Positions 44,460 to 55,949 of a stretch of 64,000 nucleotides of DNA are shown here, in pieces. The stretch's first letter is position 1. Each line of letters opens with the position of its first letter. The stretch is from an uncultured cyanobacterium (GTDB lineage: Bacteria; Cyanobacteriota; Cyanobacteriia; Cyanobacteriales; CAWUOF01). The notes under the pieces are model-generated. The model saw only the letters and a list, made by a program, of their open reading frames with translations, made no database searches and had not been told where the DNA came from. The stretch covers positions 5,024,001-5,088,000 of the forward strand of contig CAVUSO010000001.1 in assembly GCA_963744145.1 (NCBI GenBank). The letters run 5' to 3'. The position numbers and the translations under genes are program-made.

Positions 44460-45374
44460 ATGGAATTTGCCCAAATACCAACTGAATCTAACCAGGTAAA
44501 AGTTAAAGTTTTGCTAGAAAATGGAAGAGAATATCAGTTATTTTTGTCAAGACATTCACCGCTTTTATCAGATCTGTTTAAAACCTTGAGTACCAAAAAA
44601 GAAAATCGCCAAGGTCAGGATTTTCAATTATTTCAAATTCCCCTAGAAGAAGGAAATGCTACTTTATATTTTCCCAGCGATCGCTTAGTCGGAATGATCG
44701 TAGAACCGTCCATCAAAATTGCACCACAATCAATAGAAATATCTAATTCTTCAGTAAGTACCCAGTCCGATCCTTTGCGATCGGAATATATGCAAATTTC
44801 CAACTTTTTGACTCAAACAGAATGTCAAAAATTACTCGATTATGTCCAGAAACAAGAATCAGCTTTTGTCACTACTAGCACTTCAACTAATGGGGAATAT
44901 ATTGAAGATTATCGTCGTTCAATGGTTCTTTATTCCTTTCCAGAATTTGCCGAATTAATCACTAAAAGAATCCAAGCAATTATGCCCGATATATTTCGCA
45001 AGCTAAAAATTGCTCCTTTTGCGATCGCCAAAATCGAATCCCAGTTAACCTTACATAATGATGGGAATTTTTACAAAGTTCATAATGATAATGGTAGTAT
45101 AGATACAGCCGATCGAGAATTAACTTATGTTTATTATTTTTATCGAGAACCAAAAGCTTTTGCAGGGGGAGAATTAGTCATATATGATAGTAAAATAGAA
45201 AATAATTTTTATGTAAAAGGCGAATCTTATAAAATTGTAGAACCTCAGTATAATAGCATGGTATTTTTCTTAAGTCGCTATTTACACGAAGTTCTACCAA
45301 TTAGTTGTCCGACTCGAGCTTTTGCTGATAGTCGGTTTACCATTAATGGGTGGATTAGTAAACAAGTTAATTAA
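44460..45374 (+). CDS. 2OG-Fe(II) oxygenase, paralogue 3
   Basis: KVHND, FAGGEL, LHEV, SRFTINGW. Confidence 0.85.
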   Translation: MEFAQIPTESNQVKVKVLLENGREYQLFLSRHSPLLSDLFKTLSTKKENRQGQDFQLFQIPLEEGNATLYFPSDRLVGMIVEPSIKIAPQSIEISNSSVSTQSDPLRSEYMQISNFLTQTECQKLLDYVQKQESAFVTTSTSTNGEYIEDYRRSMVLYSFPEFAELITKRIQAIMPDIFRKLKIAPFAIAKIESQLTLHNDGNFYKVHNDNGSIDTADRELTYVYYFYREPKAFAGGELVIYDSKIENNFYVKGESYKIVEPQYNSMVFFLSRYLHEVLPISCPTRAFADSRFTINGWISKQVN

Positions 45375-46441
45375 CCACCTTGATGGAGATATTGCAAAAT
45401 ACCTTGGGCGATCGCTTGTGCCATTTGACTACGATATGCTGGATTAGCTAATTTTGACGCATCATCTTTACCCGTCACAAAACCAACCTCAACTAACACT
45501 GCGGGCATAGAAGTGAATTTAATCACATAAAAATTAGCTTGTCTGACCCGACGATCGGGAAGACCGATTTTTTGCAGAATACTATTATGTATCGTTTTTG
45601 CTAAACCCAAACCGTTATGGTAATAATAAGTTTCTAAACCACTAATATCCGGACGAGTCATATTAATAGCATTAGCATGAATACTCACAAACAAATTTGC
45701 ATTTACTCGTTCCGCTAATTGCACTCTCGGTTCTAATTCTACTTCCCGATCGCTGGAGCGAGTCATAATTACTTTGATCCCGTTTTGTTCAAGTAGAGTT
45801 GATACTTGCTTACCAATATCCAAAACAACATCTTTTTCCCGCAAACCATTAATCCCAACCGCACCAGAATCTCGTCCCCCATGTCCCGGATCGATCACCA
45901 CAATAGTTTTCTGATCATAATTCTGGGGTAAAGGAGTAGTAATAGTATTTGGACTTACCGATCTTAATTGTAATTTTAAAAGATCCGGACTAGAAGTAAT
46001 CAACTCAGTAATTTGAACTTGGGGAGCAGGTTGTAAAAAAATTACTACTGTTTGCGGGTCTTGCTGTTGGACTCTGATCCATTCTACTAAACTATGAGGA
46101 TGGGTTTGAAGTGATTTAATGACCGGTGCGAGTTGGGCTGAATTAATAGTAATTTGATAAACATTAAGAGAATTATTCCAACTCTTAGTATAGGTAAATG
46201 GTCGATCAGTTTTGATTGTTAATAGACTATCATTATTTTGCAAATCAATTGACAGAATATTGGCTACAGGGGAATATTCACTAGCATAAATATCGTCAAT
46301 AGATGAATTTTCTTGATTTTGGCGATCGGGGATCGCTGCGGGAGTAAAAGCATAAGCTTGACGGTCAAATGTCAACATAAAAAAACCAAAAAAGGTGGGT
46401 AATAATCCACCTATCAATAATTTGGAAGAGATTCTTTTCAT
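45371..46441 (-). CDS. N-acetylmuramoyl-L-alanine amidase (AmiC-like, AMIN + Amidase_3)
   Basis: Signal peptide, IDPGHGG, EK, FVSIHAN, PAVLVEVGF. Confidence 0.9.
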   Translation of the reverse strand: MKRISSKLLIGGLLPTFFGFFMLTFDRQAYAFTPAAIPDRQNQENSSIDDIYASEYSPVANILSIDLQNNDSLLTIKTDRPFTYTKSWNNSLNVYQITINSAQLAPVIKSLQTHPHSLVEWIRVQQQDPQTVVIFLQPAPQVQITELITSSPDLLKLQLRSVSPNTITTPLPQNYDQKTIVVIDPGHGGRDSGAVGINGLREKDVVLDIGKQVSTLLEQNGIKVIMTRSSDREVELEPRVQLAERVNANLFVSIHANAINMTRPDISGLETYYYHNGLGLAKTIHNSILQKIGLPDRRVRQANFYVIKFTSMPAVLVEVGFVTGKDDASKLANPAYRSQMAQAIAQGILQYLHQGG

Positions 46442-46944
46442 CTGATGATCTGTGTGATGGTATTAATATATAGGAGCGTAAATCCTCATACAGCCAGAAC
46501 CGATCTAGATCCGCATGAAAATTAATAATTTTACTGAATTCTTCATCATCTGATTGATCATTAATTTAGTAGATTTAGAACACTGAACGGAAATAGCGCT
46601 CATGAGCTGATTTGACTATTATTGTTCTCTAGATAAATAATTTTCCATCCAGATAATTATTATTTCTCCACAAAATAATATGTAATCACCATTAAGAAAT
46701 TTATTTGAGCAATGGGAAAAATCAGTAAATCTAACTAGGGAAATGGAATCTAGTGGTAAACCTAGTTATATTTAGGTGATAGAAATATTTGATTTCCATT
46801 GACAGGATAAATATGTGCTGATAAAAAGAGAGACTATTTGGGTTAAGGGTTTAAGGGAGGTCATAACTGATTAACCGTGTTAATTAGCGATCGCCCATGG
46901 ATTATTCCTGAGTATAAACACCATCAAATCTTACTAAGTCAGAT

Positions 46945-48924
46945 ATGGGACTGTCTAAATCACTTACTCAATCGAAATTTCTGCTTCGGACCGCTCTAGT
47001 TGTGCCCTTTGTGGTGCAAATAGTGGCTGCTGTTAGCTTGGTCGGGTATCTTTCCTTCCGCAATGGACAAAGAGCGGTGAAAGATCTGGTTGATCAGCTC
47101 CAAGATGAAATTAGTTTCAGAGTTAAAGAACAGGTTCAGGTTTACTTAGAAGCACCACCCTTAGTAAATCAGATTAACGAAGATGCAGCCAGATTGGGGG
47201 TATTAGATTTTAATGACATTGAGAAATCTAGAAGCTATTTATGGAAACAGGTCCTGCGTTTTAAATCTATTGGTCATACTGGACTAGCAAACGAGCAGGG
47301 ACAATATCTTCGCATTGGCTGGGTCAATCGTTCAGCTGGTGCAGAAAAGCCACAACTAGCCCAACAACTACGGAGGGGAACTGGGGATTTATTTTATTAC
47401 AACGTTGACCAGCAGGGTAATCCGATTGGGATAGCGAAGATCACTCCCAATTATGATGTCCGCAAGCGTCCTTTGTATGAAGTTGTACTTAAGCATAATC
47501 GGGCAGCTTGGAGTGGGGTTTATATCAATTTTGGCTATGGTTCATTGCAAATTAATGCTAGTTCTCCCTACTTCGACGATCAGGGAAAGTTAATCGGTAT
47601 ATTCACTTGTCAGATGGGGCTGGATCAAATTCGAGATTTTTTGCAAAACTTAAAAATCGGTCAATCTGGTCAGGTGTTTATGATTGAACCTGCTGGTGAA
47701 TTAATTGCCAGTTCCCTTTCCCAACAAGCTTTAACCATCGGGAAAGGTGATGCTCAGAGACGCTTGAAAGCACAAGAAAGTAGTCATCCCATCATGCGTC
47801 GAAGTATGGAGGAAATAAATACTCATATTCGGGATTTATCGAATCTAGAAGCACCAACTCAATGGGATTTTGAATTAGACCATCAACGCTACTTTTTGAA
47901 AATTTCTCCATTGAAGGATGAATATGGTCTGAACTGGTTAATTGTAGTTGTTGTACCAGAAAATGACTTTATGGCGGAAATTAATGCAAATACCCGTCAT
48001 ACAGTTTTACTATGTTTAGGTGCTCTAGGTTTAGCGATCGGACTTGGTGTGATGACAACCCGTTGGATTACTGCTCCGATTAGACAAATAACTAAAGCTT
48101 CTGAAGAAATGGCAACTGGAGATCTGAATCAACATATTAAACCCTGTTATATTATTGAATTAGACAAACTCGGCAACTCTTTTAATGGGATGACTGAGCA
48201 ATTGAAAGATTCTGTAGAAGCTTTACGTCTTGCTAATGAAGAGTTAGAAAGTCGGGTGGAGCAACGCACTCAGCAATTAAGCTTAGAAAAGGAGCGTTCT
48301 GAACAACTGCTATTAAATATTTTGCCTTTGGAAATTGCCGAACGTTTAAAACGAGCAGAATCTCCCACTGAATATTTTCCAGAAGTGACAATTTTGTTTG
48401 CTGATATTGTCGGGTTTACTCAGCTCTCTACCCAATTAGAACCGATGCAATTAGTTGCTGGACTCAACCAGATTTTCTCTGCTTTTGACCAGTTAACGGA
48501 AAAGCATAGTCTCGAAAAAATCAAAACTATCGGTGATGCTTATATGGTCGTAGGTGGTTTACCTATTCCTCGCTCTGATCATGCTACAGCGATCGCTGAT
48601 TTGGCTTTAGATATGCAAGTTTATATGCAAACTACGGAAACTGACTTAGGAAATTCTCTCCAATTACGCATCGGGATTAATACTGGTCCTGTTATTGCTG
48701 GAGTAATTGGGATTAAGAAATTTATTTATGACCTCTGGGGAGATGCGGTTAATGTTGCATCTCGGATGGAGTCTCATGGTAAACCTGGTTATATTCAGAT
48801 CACCGAAGCAACTTATTCCCATTTAAAAGATCAATATACGATCGAATCAAGGGGAACTATTTCTGTCAAGGGTCGAGGTGAAATGCTGACTTATTGGTTA
48901 ATTGGAAAAAATCCTCTAGCTTAA
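46945..48924 (+). CDS. Membrane class III adenylate cyclase (Cache-like sensor, HAMP, cyclase)
   Basis: Two TM helices, YDVRKRP, HAMP, FADIVGFT, EKIKTIGDAYM, YDLWGDAVNVASRMES. Confidence 0.9.
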   Translation: MGLSKSLTQSKFLLRTALVVPFVVQIVAAVSLVGYLSFRNGQRAVKDLVDQLQDEISFRVKEQVQVYLEAPPLVNQINEDAARLGVLDFNDIEKSRSYLWKQVLRFKSIGHTGLANEQGQYLRIGWVNRSAGAEKPQLAQQLRRGTGDLFYYNVDQQGNPIGIAKITPNYDVRKRPLYEVVLKHNRAAWSGVYINFGYGSLQINASSPYFDDQGKLIGIFTCQMGLDQIRDFLQNLKIGQSGQVFMIEPAGELIASSLSQQALTIGKGDAQRRLKAQESSHPIMRRSMEEINTHIRDLSNLEAPTQWDFELDHQRYFLKISPLKDEYGLNWLIVVVVPENDFMAEINANTRHTVLLCLGALGLAIGLGVMTTRWITAPIRQITKASEEMATGDLNQHIKPCYIIELDKLGNSFNGMTEQLKDSVEALRLANEELESRVEQRTQQLSLEKERSEQLLLNILPLEIAERLKRAESPTEYFPEVTILFADIVGFTQLSTQLEPMQLVAGLNQIFSAFDQLTEKHSLEKIKTIGDAYMVVGGLPIPRSDHATAIADLALDMQVYMQTTETDLGNSLQLRIGINTGPVIAGVIGIKKFIYDLWGDAVNVASRMESHGKPGYIQITEATYSHLKDQYTIESRGTISVKGRGEMLTYWLIGKNPLA

Positions 48925-48997
48925 GAGTTAATTTATCTTTTCAAAGATTATTTTCTGGTGAATATTTAGATAATTTTTCGATTTACCTATTGACTTT

Positions 48998-50959
48998 ATG
49001 AAGCTAAATAAATATTCTGTACGAAAATTTCGGTTCCGCACTACTTTGGTATTTCTTTTTATCCTCCAAGTAGTATTAGCGATCGGGATGACTAGCTATC
49101 TATATTTTCAGAGTGGTCAAAAAGCGATCGGAGACCTAGCTACCCAATTAAGAAGTGAACTTGTGGCCCGAATTGATGGTGAATTGAGAAGATATTTAGG
49201 CAATTCCCACAATTTTAATCAACTGAATGCGATCGCACTAGCTGAGGGTCGTTTCGATCTGATCAATGCTAGTAATGTGAAGCAATTATTAATTCAAGTA
49301 CGGGTTTCTCCCTTTGTGTATTCATCCTATTGTGGTGATGCTCAAGGATATTATATCGGTGCTAATCGCGTTTTGGATCAAGGTTCACCAATTATAGCGA
49401 TGTCTGCGAGTAATGGGGAAACAGATCACCGATTCTATTTTTATCGAATTGATGATCAGGGTAATCGACAAAAGATTTTTCAACAACTTAAACCCTACGA
49501 TCCCCGTCAACGTCCTTGGTATATTGCTGCGATTAAACAAAAAAAAGCGACTTGGGGGGAAGTCTATTTAGGTTTTAGCAGTGGATTACCAACAATTACA
49601 GCTAGTGAGCCAGTTTATGATGTCCAAGGAAAACTTTTAGGAGTTTGTGCGACCGATGTGGTACTGTTAAAAGATTTAAGAAAGTTTTTGGGGAGTTTAT
49701 CGATTGGTAAAAGGGGGAATGCTTTTATAATTGATCATTTTGGTTATATTCTTTCGAGTTCTAGTCAAGAACCACTCACAGTCGGGACAGGGGAAAATAT
49801 TAAACTAGCTTTAGCGATACAAAGCGAAGAGCCAGTGATTCGTGAGACAGCTAAAAATATCCAGAAACAGTTTGGTAGTTTTAATCAGATTCAGCGATCG
49901 CAACAATTAGATTATCTTTTTCAAGGGGAACGCTGGTTGGCACAAGTGTCACCTTTGCAAGATGATAAAGGTCTTGATTGGTTAATAGTTATTGTCATCC
50001 CAGAAGCTAATTTTATGGCGCAAATTTATGAAAATAATCGGCGGACAATTATATTGATATTAATTACATTGATCTTGGCAATTTTTATTGGTATTCGTGC
50101 GTCTTATTGGATTACTAATCCCTTACACCGACTAGCTCAAGCATCAGAAGGAATTGCTAAAGGAAATCTTGAACAATATGTAGATAGTAGTAATATTATT
50201 GAAATTGATACTTTAAGTCAGTCTTTTAATCGGATGTCGGAAAAACTCAAAAAATTAATTAAAGCCCTAAGTGTTGCTAAAGAAGAACTAGAACATCGCG
50301 TCGAACAACGCACGGCTCAATTAAATCAAGAAAAGGAACACTCCGAACAGTTATTATTAAATATTTTACCAGCGGAAATTGTCGAGCGGTTAAAACGGGC
50401 TGAATCTCCGACGGAATATTTTGAAGAAGTGACTATTCTCTTTGCTGATATTGTCGGGTTTACTCAGCTTTCCAGCGAGATTGAACCTATGCAATTAGTC
50501 GCGGGATTGAACCGAATTTTTTCTGCGTTTGATGGATTAACAGAAAAGTATGGGTTAGAAAAAATTAAAACGATTGGTGATGCTTATATGGTCGTGGGTG
50601 GTTTACCAACTCCGCGATCGGATCATGCGACAGCGATCGCGGATATGGCTTTAGATATGCAAGCTTATATGCAAACTGTAAAAACTGAGTTAGGAGAAAA
50701 TCTGGAATTACGCATTGGAATTAATACAGGTCCAGTGATTGCAGGAGTGATTGGGATTAAAAAGTTTATTTATGATCTCTGGGGAGATGCTGTTAATGTA
50801 GCATCACGGATGGAATCTCATGGTAAACCTGGTTATATTCAGGTAACAGAAGCAACCTATTCCTATTTAAAAGATCAATATATCCTGGAAAGAAGGGGCC
50901 CGGTTTTTGTCAAGGGTCGAGGAGAAATGTTAACTTATTGGTTAATTGGTAAAGATTAA
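48998..50959 (+). CDS. Membrane class III adenylate cyclase (Cache-like sensor, HAMP, cyclase), paralogue
   Basis: YDPRQRPWY Cache motif and the same cyclase motifs. Confidence 0.9.
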   Translation: MKLNKYSVRKFRFRTTLVFLFILQVVLAIGMTSYLYFQSGQKAIGDLATQLRSELVARIDGELRRYLGNSHNFNQLNAIALAEGRFDLINASNVKQLLIQVRVSPFVYSSYCGDAQGYYIGANRVLDQGSPIIAMSASNGETDHRFYFYRIDDQGNRQKIFQQLKPYDPRQRPWYIAAIKQKKATWGEVYLGFSSGLPTITASEPVYDVQGKLLGVCATDVVLLKDLRKFLGSLSIGKRGNAFIIDHFGYILSSSSQEPLTVGTGENIKLALAIQSEEPVIRETAKNIQKQFGSFNQIQRSQQLDYLFQGERWLAQVSPLQDDKGLDWLIVIVIPEANFMAQIYENNRRTIILILITLILAIFIGIRASYWITNPLHRLAQASEGIAKGNLEQYVDSSNIIEIDTLSQSFNRMSEKLKKLIKALSVAKEELEHRVEQRTAQLNQEKEHSEQLLLNILPAEIVERLKRAESPTEYFEEVTILFADIVGFTQLSSEIEPMQLVAGLNRIFSAFDGLTEKYGLEKIKTIGDAYMVVGGLPTPRSDHATAIADMALDMQAYMQTVKTELGENLELRIGINTGPVIAGVIGIKKFIYDLWGDAVNVASRMESHGKPGYIQVTEATYSYLKDQYILERRGPVFVKGRGEMLTYWLIGKD

Positions 50960-51278
50960 GGATTAATCTAAATGGTTATGGCGATCGCTGTGTTTAACAA
51001 AAGTATAAGAAAAGATTAATGAGGAGCAATCAAACTCGCTGAATTTGTAGGTTGAGCTTTCTTGACTCAACTCAAAGACTTTTATAATATTATAGAGATA
51101 GTTGTTTTCGGAGAAGTGAACGGCAATTGATAAAGATTTGTTTTCGTCTAATAATTTTCAGTCAACAATCATCTCAGGTAGAATATATAGAGTGGCCAAA
51201 AGTTCAGTGTAGCTATCGAGAGTTAGACTAGGCGGAATTTAAAGGCTAAGATAAATGTATAGGATTTTCAATAACAAT

Positions 51279-51539
51279 ATGCCTAGTCGTGAACTTTTAT
51301 CCATCGTTAGTCAATTATCTTATCAAGATAAACTGCGACTGATTCACTTTCTCCTCATTGCAGTTGCGAAAGAAGAAGGATGCAGCCTAGAAATTGCTGA
51401 AAATACTAATTCAGAAAATACACTACTGAATCAACTAGCATCAAGGTCGGCAGTTGTCTGGTCTCCACAAGCAGATCACGAATCAATTCAAGCATTATCA
51501 AAACTTCTAGCTACTGCCCAAGAATCAGCCCATGGTTAG
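51279..51539 (+). CDS. Small hypothetical protein overlapping the start of an aspartyl protease pseudogene
   Basis: QLSYQDKLRLIHFL and VWSP motifs; stop overlaps next ATG region. Confidence 0.55.
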   Translation: MPSRELLSIVSQLSYQDKLRLIHFLLIAVAKEEGCSLEIAENTNSENTLLNQLASRSAVVWSPQADHESIQALSKLLATAQESAHG

Positions 51540-51840
51540 TAGTCAGCGATTTCGATTTTTAGAGCGAATTGATCACCTTGGGCGATCAAGTTTCATGCCA
51601 TATTTGCCCATCACACTCTCTCATCGCAGTAACTCTGTCCAAGTAATGGCTTTGTTAGATACTGGTGCAAGTGTCAATGTTCTTCCTGATGAAATTGGAT
51701 TATAACTAGGGGCAAAATGGGAACAGCAAACTGTTCCTATTCAATTGAGTGGGAATTTGGACCGTAGTGAGGCACGAGGATTGGTGCTTTCGGGTACAGT
51801 TGCTCAGTTTCCGACCACTGAGCAGCAATCGCACCCCTGA
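51532..51840 (+). pseudogene. Retropepsin-like aspartyl protease, in-frame TAA at 51703 and truncated 3' end
   Basis: MPYLPITL...ALLDTGASVNVLP motif read manually from 51532. Confidence 0.7.
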
Positions 51841-52114
51841 CTCTTAATTTTAGGCATTACAGTCTCATCTATATTAAATTATCTTGACGATGCTTGGGTC
51901 AATCAGGACATTAGGATTGTTAAGAAAGATGTGACTAATGTATAGCCTAAGAGGAAAGGGGAGTCAGAATTATTTATGCTCCCGCGATTCCGACGGAAGG
52001 CAGCAAGATGCTAAGATGATAATTAATCAAGATACATTAACTTAATTAATAGTGTAATATTTTGGGTACAAATGCTTATAGGAAAACCTAGAACTCGATC
52101 AGAGGAGGAAACAA

Positions 52115-52354
52115 ATGATTAGAAAGGGAACGATTTTCTTAATCTTTTTTATCTTTTTGCTGTTTGTGGGATTTGGCGATCGCATTCCCTACCCACCCAT
52201 TAGCACTGCTAGTTACAGAACTCGTGTCACATTAAATAACTTTATCATGGGGATGTTTCATAAACCGGAACCCAGAAAAAATCCTTATGAAGACACCGAA
52301 AAAGCAGTAGACGACATTGAAAGAGGTACTGGAAAAAAGAAAGATAGTGAATAA
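52115..52354 (+). CDS. Small membrane-anchored hypothetical protein
   Basis: GAGGAGG RBS, N-terminal hydrophobic helix, NPYEDTEKA motif. Confidence 0.65.
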   Translation: MIRKGTIFLIFFIFLLFVGFGDRIPYPPISTASYRTRVTLNNFIMGMFHKPEPRKNPYEDTEKAVDDIERGTGKKKDSE

Positions 52355-52364
52355 TATTTCACTC

Positions 52365-52402
52365 AGCCATGGTCGGGGCAGAAAATCGTCCCGACCATGG
52401 CT
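52365..52402. terminator. Hairpin between convergent genes
   Basis: AGCCATGGTCGGGGC ... GTCCCGACCATGGCT long stem. Confidence 0.7.
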
Positions 52403-52412
52403 AAAATTCAGA

Positions 52413-53437
<1,025 letters not shown>

Positions 53438-53494
53438 TTAGTATGTGCAAATCTTTCATTCTACCAAATTTTGGCGATCGGATCACTCTACCTG

Positions 53495-54893
53495 CTAAAT
53501 TGCCATGGCGGGACGACGATCGCTTTTCGGTAAAGCTGCTTCTAACTGTGCTGCTAAAGCAATTATGGTAGCTTCATCGGCTGGACGTCCTACTAATTGC
53601 ACCCCGATCGGCAACCCATTAGCGTCAAAACCAGTCGGAATCGCGATCGCTGGTTGACCACTCGCATTAAACCCTGGACAAGGAGCAATCCAAGCAATAA
53701 TTTTTTCTAAGGTTTCCTCGGGACTTAATGATGCCCATTCACCAATGCGAATGGTAGAGTGCATATAAGTAGGCAACAATAGGACATCAAAAGCATCAAA
53801 AAAAGCAACTATTTGTCTAGCAATAATGTGCATTTGGTAAACAGCTTGCAAATACTCTCCCCCAGAACAAGATTGGGCCAGCATCCACTGATTTACCTGA
53901 CTTAAAGCTTCCGGGGGCATTCCGGTTCAACCCGACACCAGATTGCCAAATCCTAGTAAAAGGTGCAATTAAAGCGCTAAAATCTGGACAACCGGGAGTG
54001 AGGGTATGTCCCATATCTGTCAATAATTTGACTAGATCTAACACTGCTTGCTCACAAACAGGTGCGACTTTTCCTATAGATGGAATTTCTGTAGCAAAAG
54101 CGATCCGGAGTGACCCTAATTTTTGCTGAGTAGCTGCTAAAAACGACGGCTCTGGGTCGGGTAACCAATAGGGATCACCCGTCACATAACCAGACATCAC
54201 ATCTAATAATGCCGCAGCATCAGCCACAGTGCGTGCGATCGGACCGTTAGTTGCGATTCCACTTTGATGTTCTCCTAGTGGTGCATAGCTTACCCGACCT
54301 CTAGATGGTTTAATTCCCACTAAACCACAGCAAAAAGCTGGTCCACGAATCGAACCACCACCATCAGACCCTTGAGAAATCCCACATAATCCCGCGGCTA
54401 AGGCAGCAGCGGCTCCACCACTCGAACCACCAGGACTATAATCTAAATTCCAGGGATTGCGGGTCGGGGGAAAACCTTCTGGTTCTGTGTAAGGAAAAGA
54501 CCCTAATTCAGAGGTGGCAGTTTTTCCTAGAATAATAAAGCCTGCTTGTTTGATGCGTGTAACTACAGCATCATCATAAGTAGCAATCTGATCACGCAAA
54601 AATTGACTACCACGGGTGTAGACTACACCTGCAACTGAATTAAGATCTTTGATCGAAATTGGCACACCAAAAAAAGGTGGTAATTCTGTAGTTTGTCCTA
54701 ATTGTTCCGTTTTCGCTTGAGCATCAGCGATCGCTAATTCTGCGGTAACGGTAAAATAACTACCGAGTTGACTATCCTTACACTGAATCCGTTCTAAATA
54801 AAGTTCAGTCAATTCTTTAGGTGATATTTCGTGACGACGGATCAGTTCAGCTTGGACAAGAGCAGGAGTAAATGCTAAATCAATGTCATTCAT
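53495..54893 (-). CDS. Amidase signature family enzyme, one frameshift near 53925
   Basis: GVPISIKD, GGSSGG, GSDGGGSIR, GLPIGVQL. Confidence 0.9.
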
Positions 54894-55043
54894 AGTTAGC
54901 TTTTGGCTAATTGATTATGGTGAGGACAAAAATTAAAATGGTAAATGGCACGGCATGAGAGATGGTCGCCCCTACTGTAGCATTTTTGGCGATCGCTTTT
55001 TGATATGGTAGGATGAGGAGATGATGTGACTAGATTATAAATT

Positions 55044-55688
55044 ATGATTTTACTCATCGATAATTACGATAGTTTCACCTATAACGTTTATCAGGTTGTC
55101 AGCGCCCTTGAACAACATCCAAAAATAGAAGTTATTCGCAACGATCAAATTACCGTAGCAGAAGTTAAACAGAAAATTCAAAAAGGCTATTATCAAGGGA
55201 TAATTATTTCTCCCGGTCCAGGTCGTCCAGAAGACGCAGGAATAACCATAGAAGTAATTAAGGAATTAGGACCAAGTAGCGATCGGGATGGAGAATTTTG
55301 GCCAGGTGTGCCGATTTTAGGAATATGTTTAGGACATCAAGCGATCGGTGATGTATTTGGCGGTAAAGTAGTTTTAGCCCCCGAACCAATCCACGGTAAA
55401 ATTTCTCATATTTATCACCAAGGAAAAGGTATTTTTGCCGGAATTAAAAATGAATTTACCGCCACTCGTTATCATTCTCTAGTTGTTGATCATGCAACTT
55501 TACCAGCATCTCTAGAAATTACGGCTCAAACAGAAGATGGCTTAATTATGGGTCTTCAACATCGCCAATATCAATGGATTCAAGGTGTCCAGTTTCACCC
55601 CGAAAGTATTATGACTGAATTGGTAGCAAGAGAGGGATTATTAACTAACTTTCTGAATCTCATCAATGTGCCAAAATTTCGATATTAA
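55044..55688 (+). CDS. trpG: Anthranilate/aminodeoxychorismate synthase component II (TrpG/PabA glutamine amidotransferase)
   Basis: IDNYDSFTYN, SPGPG, GICLGHQ, RYHSL, QFHPES. Confidence 0.9.
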   Translation: MILLIDNYDSFTYNVYQVVSALEQHPKIEVIRNDQITVAEVKQKIQKGYYQGIIISPGPGRPEDAGITIEVIKELGPSSDRDGEFWPGVPILGICLGHQAIGDVFGGKVVLAPEPIHGKISHIYHQGKGIFAGIKNEFTATRYHSLVVDHATLPASLEITAQTEDGLIMGLQHRQYQWIQGVQFHPESIMTELVAREGLLTNFLNLINVPKFRY

Positions 55689-55949
55689 ATATTCGGATTG
55701 ATTCGCGATCTCTTTAATCATCAACTCTGACAGATTTTTTATAAACTGTTAGTAAATTAGGATATTAAAGGATAAGAGTGGGCGGCATTAATCGCCAATT
55801 AACAAGAGATGATATGCTTGTCTACTATTGGGACTTGCAGGACAAGCTTAATTTTGGATGGATTTCGATTTTACTCGTGATCTAGATAATTGATAAATTA
55901 TCCCGATTCAGATATAGTAGGAATGCAGATATCTTATTACTGAGGATTT

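Noticed and set aside
46945..50959. Cyclases as Pycsar/CBASS-type signal generators for the downstream defence genes
   Set aside because: They have TM-Cache-HAMP signalling architecture with ATP-specific residues and are separated from the Ubl operon by housekeeping genes
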